Source: Callorhinchus milii (lineage: Eukaryota). Taken from it: a DNA stretch of 64,000 bases. Under the pieces are notes generated by a model that did not search any database, was not told where the DNA came from, and saw only the letters and a program-made list of their open reading frames with translations. The translations under genes were made by a program, and so were the position numbers. Positions 23,868-34,819 of this stretch are shown here, piece after piece. The stretch lies in contig NW_024704742.1 in assembly GCF_018977255.1 (NCBI RefSeq), positions 70,806,001 to 70,870,000 of the forward strand. The letters are read 5' to 3'. Position 1 is the first letter of the stretch; every line of letters begins with the position of its first letter.

Positions 23868-23919
23868 GCAATACCTCGCCAAGAACAGATCACAGCCAAC
23901 GTGTGGAGAGCAACCCTGA
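23868..23919 (+). CDS. AUP1: AUP1 exon 12 with stop
   Basis: Pyrimidine tract + CTAG acceptor; QYLAKNRSQPTCGEQP*; the 12 exons sum to 1284 nt = 427 aa + stop with consistent phases. Confidence 0.85.
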
Positions 23920-24341
23920 GCGAGCAGAGAGCGGTGTGGGAACATCGAGCTGTGAGCCGGCGGAACGCCAGCCAACCTCCCCCGGGACCCCCTTTCCTCT
24001 TTCCCCTTTTGCTTTCCAGCTCCAACCCCTCACATCGCCCAGAACCTTCTGTGGTCCCGGGTCTTATTGTATTTTTTTTCCTTTCGATCAACTGACGATA
24101 TGTGTCTGATGATTTTTATTTTATATAAAAAAAGATATCGCACTTACGGCAAGCTTGACCACGAAAGAGAAGGTGGGGTGGGAGGGGAGGGTTTAACAAG
24201 GGGGCAAAGGGAGGTGGAGGTTTAGGGAGGGGGAGGGGGGTGCGGGTGTTGTAGGGAAGAAGTGCAGAGATCAGTCTGCCCAGCAATCATGCATGTTCCT
24301 ATATTGGGTTTGGTTGGTTCCGTCACGGTATTGACTTCTGT

Positions 24342-24347
24342 AATAAA
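24342..24347 (+). terminator. AATAAA poly(A) signal for AUP1
   Basis: ~420 nt after the stop, followed by a T-rich tract. Confidence 0.7.
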
Positions 24348-24814
24348 AGACGGTCTTTTTTTTGTCTTTATAAAATTGCTTAGAATTCACTGCCCTCCTC
24401 TGTTGTCTCCTGTTTAATGAGCTTTGTGTAGTGTGTGTTTTCCATGTGTGGTGAGTGTGGGGGAAGCAAACAGACTTCGAGCTCATAATCCAGGCTGGTG
24501 TTGAGTAGTGTTACCGTACGAACACAAGACTGTTTGGCCCAACCAGTCTGTGTTGGTGTTTATACTTCGTACCAGCTTCCATCCTTCCTGTACCCTTCCC
24601 TTCTCCCTCCTGTATGCTCACATTTTCTCTTGAATGCGTTGATACTCAACTGCAGTACTGGGCCACACTGCACTGTCAGGAGGTGCCATCCTTCAGGTGA
24701 GACGTTGAATTGAGGTCCCGTCTGATGGCCACTGTACTGTACTCAGATGAGCCCCATCTGCCTGTTCAAATGGATGTTAACGGTTGCATGGAGCTAAAAA
24801 AAAATGAGTTTCTC

Positions 24815-24866
24815 CCAATGTCATGACCAACAGTACGCCCCCAATGTCATGACCAACAGTACGCCC
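24815..24866 (+). repeat. 26-bp perfect tandem duplication
   Basis: CCAATGTCATGACCAACAGTACGCCC x2 inside a decayed family B SINE. Confidence 0.9.
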
Positions 24867-26921
24867 CCCCACCCCCCACCCTCCCCAGAGTCCAAGAGGT
24901 TAGAGTTGTGGAATATAAAGGCTTGTGGTGTGGATGGAGCGAGGGTCTCATAGCAAGCCTGAGTTAGCTGAGTGGATGAGGAAGAGATAATATAATAATA
25001 CTTTCATTTGATATCTTGCCTTATGTTGTTGAGGTATCTTAAAAGTGCTTCATAGAATATACTGTAAAGTAAAATTGACTGCATTTTGTTGGTGAAATGC
25101 GGCATCCAAATGTGTACAGCAGTGTCCCACAAACAGTCGTGGATTGAGAGACCACTTTTTTTGGAGGGTTATTAACGCCAAAAGTGATCCGCCAATCGAC
25201 TAACAACTGGGTTCTTGCTTACTGCTCGGTAAACAGAGGCATGTGGGCAAGGAAACTTGCCTAAGGTTTTGCCCTGCCGGGAATTGAACCCGGGTCCTCT
25301 GTGTTGTGATTTTGCGAAATGAGTGCAAGTGGGCCTTGAAGTCATGACTTGTTGGCGATGGGGAGTCAGTAGAGCCTGGCGAGGACTTGGGTGATGGGGG
25401 CCTGTGATAATGATGGTGGAGTGGGATGTTAGCAGTCACAGTCTCCAAAGGTCTGTTCCATCCCTGTCTGTCCCCCTCCCCCGGACCTGTGCTAAAAATG
25501 CCTTCTAAATGTGTCCTTCATCCTCCGCTCATCCCAGTGATGGGGGTCGATTTCACCCGCAGAAGCTTGTTCGCTTCTTCTAATGCATCACCCGAGCAGT
25601 GATTACATTAGGCCGGAGGCTGGCAGAGCAGCTAACAGCTTTTCACCCACTGCTGCTGAGGTAATTGCTGTCTATTTGCCTTTAATAAGGCCCGGCTGCC
25701 AGACCAGAGATTAGACTTGCTCTCGATTACATTATCAGAGTTAAACTAAAAGCCCTGCTGTCCTGTCTCTTTTGATCATCGTTATTTGTTCTGCTCTCTG
25801 GGAGCGCTGCCCAATTCTGAACACTCCTGAAGTGGCCGTGAAGGACAATTTCTCCCCCCACACACACTCGCACACACCTCCCTCTCTCTCGATCACCCAA
25901 TTCCCATTGCCATTTCAACAAAAAGTGATTTCTCTCCAAGTTGTCTTGACTTAAGCCCTAACAGGTTGGGTCACCCAAGCTGGATAAGCAGCGGGGAAAC
26001 TTGCTCTCAATGACAAGTTATGTGTTTTTAGCTGGATAAATAAATAATGCCTTGCATTTTTGATATAGCGTCTTTCATGTTGGGCTGACGTCACAAAGTG
26101 CTTCACAGAATTTGGAGTTCTGTGGAGCATTATAATATAATAATAATAATTCTTGCATTTGATATAACATTTTTCACGTCTTCTCGACATCAAAGCGCTT
26201 CACAGAATATGCTGTAAAGTGAATTGACTGTATATTTGTGGGCGAAACACGGCAGCCAATTGTGCACAGCAGTGTCCCACAAACAGTCATGGATTGAAAA
26301 TGACCAATTTATTATTGTTTTTGTTTTGGAGGGATTATTATCAGGCGTGTGGAGTAAGGAAACTTGCCCAAGGTTATTATTATTGGACATCCGCGACATC
26401 CAGACCTCCCTACCATCCTGCCCACCCCCTCCCGCAGTCCCTCTGCCTCGCCGCCTCCCTTGCCTCCTTCAAGACCCATCTCAAAAACCTACTCTTCGAA
26501 TGTGCTTTCGATCACTCTGCTTTCCCCCACCCTTCCCTCCACCCTACCTGACCCCGACCATCAGCTCGGGTCCCAAACACATGACAGTCTAGCGCCTTGG
26601 GACGTCCTCAACGTGAAAGGCGATATACAAATGTAATTTTGTTGTTGTGGTTAGTTGGCAGGCATGTCAACTTGGAGCCAATTGAGCTCCAAGGAGACCC
26701 CGCTTACTTCCAACCCAAGGAGGTTAGTCTCCAGCTGGTTGTTCAACACATCCAACAATCGCAGGTTTGAGCCCTCACTAAGGTGTACAGTAGGTACAAC
26801 AACAACTTGCATTTATATAGCGCCCTTCACTCGCAGTAGCATCCCGGAGTGCTTCCAGGTACCAGGAACTCTCTGCAATCTTCCCGGTGGGCAACACAAC
26901 TCAGCATGAAATGGGTGAGAG

Positions 26922-27012
26922 CATTGCATAGGAAGAGAGTATCTTCCTATACACAGCTCAGCCACATTGCATAGGAAGAGAGCATCTTCCTATACACAGC
27001 TCAGCCACATTG
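26922..27012 (+). repeat. 43-bp tandem duplication containing a 9-bp hairpin
   Basis: CATTGCATAGGAAGAGAG[T/C]ATCTTCCTATACACAGCTCAGCCA x2; ATAGGAAGA/TCTTCCTAT inverted repeat in each unit. Confidence 0.9.
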
Positions 27013-30000
27013 AGAGATGGTTCTACCAATTGGAGGTACGGAGTTTAAGCAGCAGCTGCTTCCCTCTCTGCCGGCCAATCAAGGTGGATTCCAGGCGCTG
27101 GATGTACGAACGTGTGTTCACAAACTCGGACTCCAGGTAACAACTTCTAGCAGCTGTCGCCCAAGCCTCAGAGTTTCCTCATCAGCAATCTGACATCTTC
27201 AGTGTGATGGGAGGACCTTTACAGAACAGCTTGTGACGTGCCAGCCACCTGCATGTTCTCGAGGTCCAAGTTCAATGTTAGTATCAGGATTACTCAGCAC
27301 CAGCTGCTTTTTGCGGGTGTTCTGACATGTGGGAACCCATCCCCATGCTTAAGAGTCTCCAAACCAAACTGAGATTTCCATGTATCCCACCTTCACATGG
27401 AAATCCCACAGACAGGTTGTTGGAATGGAATGTGCTCTCTCTCCCTGGAGGGACACATCCTGTTTACCGAATTCCAGAGAGTATTAGGTGCAGGTTTGCA
27501 AGAGCCAAGACTTGGGGACCCCAGAGTGTGTTTTGAGGTAATTGCTGGAATCTAACCAGCTAAAACTGCATAGCTTGCCATTGATATTGCTGTCCAGTAA
27601 GCTTTCCTGCTGCTTGTCCTGCTTGGACCACCCTATCCATTAGGATAGGCTTTGGCTTGCAGGGTGAACAGGAGCTGAGTAGGAAGATTCTCTGCTCTCA
27701 GTGACAGGTTTGTTTAATCCAGAAAGAGAGAGAGAGAAAGAGTACTAAGCAGGGAAGCTAATGAAACTGCACTCCATTAGCATTGCTGGAACAGATCACT
27801 CTGTGGAAGAAATGAATTGAATTTTTTGTATTCCTGAGATCACTTTCATCCCATTAGGCAGGATTTCCTTGCCATCCGCTAAATCGCATCAGCCAGTGAT
27901 CTCCAACTCATTTCACTCTTACCAGTCAATAGGAGTCCCATATCATATTGGTTAGCGAGGTGACCTCGCAAGCGAGAGGGCCCGGGTTCGATTCCTGGGC
28001 AGGGGAAAACCTTCGGCAAGTTTCCTTACTCCACACACCTGTTCACCTAGCAATAAGTAGGAACCTGGTCACTTAACCTATCACTTTCTGGGGGCCCCAA
28101 ACCAACCTGCCGCCAATATTCTCCAGGATTGGATGAACAAGGTGCATCTCTCCCGGGGGGGGAGGGTTCCCGGAGAGTATGCACTCCTTTCCAGACCAGC
28201 AGAAACCGTACATAATAATAATAATCCTCAAAGCACTTCACAGAATATATTGTCAAGTGAATTGACTATATATTGTGGGCGAAATGCGGCAGTCAATTGC
28301 ACATAGTGGTGTTCCACAAACAGATGTGGATTGAGTGACAAAACATATATATTTTTTGAGTGGTTATTACCCCCCAGAAAGCGATCTAATCAACTAGCAA
28401 CCAGGTTCCTGCTATGTAACAGAGGTGTGAGGAGTAAGGAAACTTGCCTAAGGTTTCGCCCTGCGCGGGAATCAAACCCAATTCCTCTTGCGAGGGAGGC
28501 GAGTGCTCTCACCACTACCTCGCAGGAATTTTACACAATTTTACAGTAATCAACAGATTAAGTGGCGACTGTGTGTTTTATGGGCGAAATGTCTCATCCA
28601 AGGGACAACATCTCTGACAATGCAGGGTTCCACAAAATTTCCCCCCGCGTGTGCCCACCCCCCACCACCCCGCCATTTTCTTCCCCCAATACTGCACTGG
28701 AGCATTGTTAAGCAGGGCGAGGAACAGAATTGCGATGTGCTTCGGGAGAAAAACCCAGATCTCTCTAATGAGTTAATTGCCGAGGATGACGGAGGGAAAC
28801 AGAGAAGTAGCAAGATCCGCGGCCCCGGGAGCCAAGTCTGCCCGCAGTCTGGACGGAGCCCTGTAAATGGTTATTATTCCTGTAACAACATTTGCAGGGA
28901 AGTATTGCTCGCGGCTAATTCAAAGCAGAGGATGTTAAAAGCGATGAAATTTTATTAGTTTTTGAATGCACTATGTATTACGGCAAATGTTTAACAGTGT
29001 AAGACGCTGGGGGATCTGGGCCAGCAGAGCAGATGGCATAGAGGCTGAGTTATGAGGTGTTGCGAGCGGAGTTAACCCTTTCAGTCCTGAGCTCCTCTTG
29101 AACCAGATTTGTCTGTCGCCTGACATAATAATAATAATATTAATACTACTACTAGTAATAGTAACAATAATCCTTGCATCTGATAGAGCACCTTATCACA
29201 TTGGAAGAATGTCTCACAGGATTTTACTGTGAAATGGGGTGACTATGTATTTTATAGGCAAACGCGGCAACACAATTGCACACAGCAACGTCCCACAAAC
29301 AACCATGGAGAGAGTGGTCAACTTTTTTATTTGGGGGATTGTGGGCCAGGACACCAGGAGAGAGAAACTCCCTTCTCTTTTCCAATATTGCATGGGATCT
29401 TTAACATACACCTGAACAGATAGACAGGACCTCGGATCAAAGTCTCATCCGAAGGACGGCACCTCCGACAATGCAACACAGGTGTGAGGAGAGGGAGTAG
29501 GGGGGAGTAAACGGAAAGAAATGCACTGTAGACATAGAACATGCCTTTGTCATACTAATTCAATGCACTTCACAGGGAACCTCTCTCCTTTGTAGCGACT
29601 GGCTATTGGTGAGCAAACAAAGTGGCCATCTTCCTCCCAGCGAGGTCCCGCAAACCGTCCTGAGGCCAATGATCGATCAGCGTGGAGTACGGTTTCATTT
29701 GACACAGCAGCAACAACATCCAGACATCTCAAAGCACTTCACAAAATCTACTGTAAAGTGTAGTGACTATTTCTGAAGGCGAACCCGGTAGCTAATTTGC
29801 GCACCGCAACTTTCCACAAACAGCCACGAAGTGAGTGACTAATTTGATCTGGGGGATTGTCGGCCAGGACACCGGTTGAGGGAAACTCCCTTCTCTTCTC
29901 CAATAGCGCCGCATCCACCTGAACGGGCACAGACGGGAACTTGGTTTAACGTTTCACCTGAAGGACAGCGTCTCTAACAATGCAATGTTTCCCACCCCCC

Positions 30001-30501
30001 AGCACTACACTGGAGCATCAGACTAAACTGTGTGAGCTTAAAGTCCGGACTTGAGGGCTTGAACTGAATTGTTTGTAACATTCAATTCATTTCTGATCAT
30101 AATAATTAATAATTATCAGGAGTCCTGTATGTAGCTCACTGATTAAAGCACTCACCTCGCAAGTGAGAGACTTGGGTTCGAGTCTGGCAGGGCGAAACCT
30201 TGGGCAAGTTTCCTTACTCCAAACGCCTAATAATAATCCCTCCAAAACAAAACAATAATAAATTGGTCATTTTCAATTCACGACTGTTTGTGGGACATTG
30301 CTGTGCGCAATTGGCTGCAGCGTTCGCCCACAAATATACAGTCAATTCACTTTACAGCATATTCTGTGAAGCGCTTTGAGATGTCTAGAAGACGTGAAAA
30401 GCGCTATATCAAATGCAAAGATTATTATTGTTACCTCTTTGACTGCACATTTGGTCATCTTTACCCTCCCACAACCCCACATCCCACAATAACGCGTAGC
30501 G

Positions 30502-30515
30502 CCACCAGATGGCGC
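30502..30515 (+). promoter_or_regulatory. Candidate CTCF site
   Basis: CCACCAGATGGCGC matches the core consensus CCASYAGRKGGCRS at every position. Confidence 0.6.
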
Positions 30516-33500
30516 CATTAACATAGTTACACAGGGATTGTGAGTGGGGCTCAGTAGTGACCCCTGCTGGAGTGACATGGGTTTGCAGGAACCAGATTAA
30601 AGTGCAGTGACTGTGAATGCAGCAATCAATTTGCACATATCAGTGCCCCACAAACACAGATTGACCCATTTTATCTCAGGTAATGTTGCCCAGGACACCG
30701 GGAGAGAGAAACTCTTTCCAAAAGCAACGCAGGATCTTTAACGTCCACCTAAACAGGCACGGGTGCTCCGAGACGCTGCCCTACGTGTAGGGGGCTATAG
30801 GAATGCAAGTTGTTGTTGTTTTTTTATCTTGCTGTCTTACTCTCTTTCTCACTCTCTCCCTCTCTCACTCTGTCTTTCTATCTGTTTGTCTATCTTTTCG
30901 TCTTATCTTCCCTCTTTGTGTGTGTCTCTCTCTGTCCTCTTCTTAAAAATCCCAGGAAAACTTTCTCTCTTTCCCAACAATATCGCGGAATCTTTAACGT
31001 CCACCGGAACAGGGCACAGACGGGGTCTTGGTTTAATGACTTTTCTAAAGGATGGGGCCTCTGACAATACAGCGCGCCCCCAGCATTGCACTGGAGTGTC
31101 AGCCTAGACTGTGATCTCAGAGACCCAGAGACATAGGGCTTGAGTGCAGTGGAGCTTCAAACAAGAGGGTAAATGAGTCACTGTGAGCGGAGCTGTCAGC
31201 ACGGGGAATTTATAATGGTCAGCATTGACACAGTTTACAAAGCAATTCAAAGCCTCTGCTCTGTGTTTGGTTTCAGTCACACACACATCAAGACAGGCCA
31301 CTGGTCTTGCTAAAAAAACAAGATGATTGATAGCCACCAGCGGTAACTGACGCTCGGAAGATAACAATCAGGAGCCAGTGGTGGGAGCTTGACTTCACCG
31401 GTCACCCTCCCCCGATCACTGTGGAGTCCTGTAGCTCAGTGTTTAGAGCACTTGTCTCGCTAAGGACAAGGAACTGGGTTTGATTCCCAGGAGGGCGAAA
31501 CCTTAGAAAAGTTTCCTTACTCCACACGCCCCTGTTTACCGAGTAGTAAGTGGGAACCTGGTTGCTAGTTGATTGGCAGATCGCTTTCTGTGGTTAATAA
31601 ATCCCTTTAAAAAAACAATAATAATTTGGTCACTCAATCCAGACTGTGTGTGGGACACTGCTGTGTGCATTTGGCTGTTGAGTTAGACCTACAAAATACA
31701 CAGTCACTGCACTTTATGATATATTCTGTGAAGCACTTTGAGATGCCTCAACGACGTGAAAAGGCGCTATATCAAATGCAAGGATTATTATTATTATCAC
31801 AAACAGCTTAAACAAGACTTCACTGACTGTATCTCTGCTTAAATCATCCCTCTTTTCACTTCTTTCTTTCTCTTTCTTCCATTCTCACTATCTTTCCATC
31901 GCTCACTTTTTCCCTTTTCTCTCTTTGTCTCTACCTTTCCATCCTTACCCCTGCTACTTTCCTTGCTTCTTTTTCACTTTCCCTTGCTCTTTCTCGCTCT
32001 CTTCCTTTTTCTCTTCTTTTTCCTTCTCTTTCCCTGTCTCTATCCATGTCTCACTTTGTTCTCTTTCTCCCCCTCTCCCTTGCTCCCTCACTCTCCGAGA
32101 GGGACTGGTGGGGACTGAATGAAGTAGGCCATAAAGCTTGGGGCCCAAGTTTGTGTTCTGACGCTGTGTTAAGCCATCGTCTGACAGGTAGTGGCATGTG
32201 AGCCACTGGGCAGCAGGGAGAACTGACAGAATTACAATATCTCAGTCAGCCAGCGGGCAAGCCTCAGAGAGACAGGCTCTTTGTGTGAGGTTACGACTAA
32301 TCAATCTCAGTTATACAGCATTAGCCATATGTTCCCCAGAGCCATGCACTAATAATAACAATAATAATAATATCCCTTGCATATGATATAGCCTCTTATT
32401 ATGTCGTTGAGACTTCCTGAAGCGTTTCATGGAATATATTGCAAATTGAATTGACAATATATTTTGTGGGTGAAACGCGGCAGCCAAATGTCCATAAACA
32501 GTCGTGGATTGAGTGACCCTTTTTTTTTACGGATTATTGCCGCCAGAAAGTGATCCGCCAATTGACTAACAACCATGTTTCGACTTACTGCTGGGTAAAC
32601 AGAGGTTTCTGGGAATCGAACCTGAGTCCTCTCGTTTGTGAGGCTATTCTGCTAACCACTACACTGCAGGGATCCTTGTGTTTGATTCAGCGGCTAATTA
32701 CGTCATTGATACGTCTCAAAAGATTTTCCCATGAAGTGTAGTGACTGACTGCAAACATAGCAGCCAATTTGTGCACAGCAAGCCCTACACGCACTTGTCT
32801 CGCAATCAAGGGGACCCAGGTTTGATTCTCAGGCGGGCAAAATATTGGGCAAATTTCCTTACTCCACATGCCTCTGTTTGCCTAGTAGTAAGTAGGAACC
32901 TGGTTGTTAGTTGATTTTTCAGATCGCTTTTCTGGGGGGAATAAACCCTTCAAAAAAACAATTTCATCACTCAATCCTTGACTGTTTGTGGGAGCTCTGC
33001 TGTGTACAATTGGCTGCCGTGTTTCACCCACGTAATATACAGTCAATTCACTTTACAATATATTCTGTGAAGCACTTTGAGATGTCTCAACAACGTGATA
33101 AGGCGCTATATCAAATATAAGGATTAATATTATTATAAACACCATGAAGTTAAATGACAGAATTTTTTTATATATGCGGTATTGTTGGCCAGGACACTGG
33201 GAGAGACAATGGGTGGGGGAGGGTAGTGTGGCGATGTTCAGGGGGCACACAACAACCCTCCAACAACACACATACATACTTACACATAAACCGACAGACA
33301 CACACACAACCCTTCCCCATACACACCCACATGCACAACCCCCGCGCACACACAAATGATTCCCCCCACACAAACCCGCACATATAGTGTTGGATAGCTC
33401 TTTGATAGTTGGTAGCTCTTTCAAACAGCCAGCACAGGCATGGTGGACCAAATGGCCTCCTTCTGTGCTGTAGGATTTTAATGATTCTATAGCGGGGTCT

Positions 33501-33719
33501 CCTTGGAGCTGAACATGCCTGGCAATGCAATGTTGGAATTGAGCCCACTCTCTGTGAGGGTCTCTAGTCCGGTTCCTGAGCTAGACAGGTCTGCAGTATT
33601 CCAGGGCACAGTTCAGCCTAGGTATCAGCAGGGACCTGGAAGGGCAGACCAATCACTGGATGTAGGGAGTTATCGCACTCAGCTCCTACTAACCCTGCAA
33701 ACCAAAGCCATAACGGGTC

Positions 33720-34819
33720 TCCTCAAACAGTTTCTCCTCTAGCCCCCGGTCCATCTTGTACAGCGTTCCTCAGGGCTGTGTCCTTGGTCCCCTCCTCTTC
33801 AATATCTATATGCTCCCTATTGGTGACTTCATCCGCAGACATGGGGTCAACTTCCACATGTATGAGGATGACATCCAACTCTACCTCTCTGCCTCCACCC
33901 TTGACTCCAGGACCACTGTTGTCCTGACAGAATGTCTGTCTGTCAGACATCAAGTCCTGGATGAGAGCGAACTTTCTTCAACAAAACCGAAGCCCTCCTG
34001 ATTGGCTCCTCTCAGCGCCTCCTCACCTCAGACACTGACAGTATCACCATCCATGGATGCACACACCACCTTGCTAAGCCAGTCCGGAACCTTGGGGTCT
34101 TGTTTGACCCTCAACTATCCTTTCTACCCCCATTCACGCCATGATCCGCTCTGCCTTCCCCCACCTCCACAATATCGCCCGGCTCCGACACTGTCTCACA
34201 CCGCAGGCCGCCGAAACCCTCATACACGCCTTCATTACATCGAGGTTCGACTATGTAAACTCATTGCTTGTCGGCCTCCCCAACTCTTCCCTCCACAGGC
34301 TGCAACGTATGTGTGTATGGGGAAGGAGTTGTGTGTGTGATTCCAGAACTCTGCAGTCCGTGTCCTCTCCTGCACTAGGCTCCACAACCCTATCACCCCC
34401 ATCCTTGCCCAACTCCACTGGCTTCCCATCACACAGAGGACACAGTTCAAGAATCTGGTCCTCACCTTCAAACCCCTTGCTCCCCCCTACCGCTCCGACT
34501 TCCTAACTCCCTACCATCCTGTTTGTTCTCCCCGCTCAGTGGGCTCTGGCCTGCTTCACATCTCCCGCCCTGCTCGCACCACTCTGCACCTACCCTCTGG
34601 AATTCCATCCCGCAGTCCCTCCATCTTGCCCCCTCCCTCGCCATCTTCAAGACCCACCTCAAGACCCTCCTCTTCGATTGTGCTTTTGATGTCCCTACTT
34701 CCCTCCCTGCCCTCCCCCACCCCGACCCCCAGCTCAGGTCCATAACGCTGTCTGTCCATGGCCTTGGGACGTCCTCCGACGTGAAAGGCGCTTTATAAAT
34801 GTAATTTTGTTGTTGTTGT
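33720..34819 (+). mobile_element. 5'-truncated L2-clade LINE with degraded RT
   Basis: [18 protein letters not shown]...[11 protein letters not shown], then HLHNIARLR...AETLIHAFITSRFDY; frameshifted; 3' stem-loop and (TTG)n tail. Confidence 0.9.

Noticed and set aside
33756..34506. Functional reverse transcriptase or retron-like system
   Set aside because: 5'-truncated, frameshifted L2 with catalytic motif YEDD; ordinary decayed LINE.
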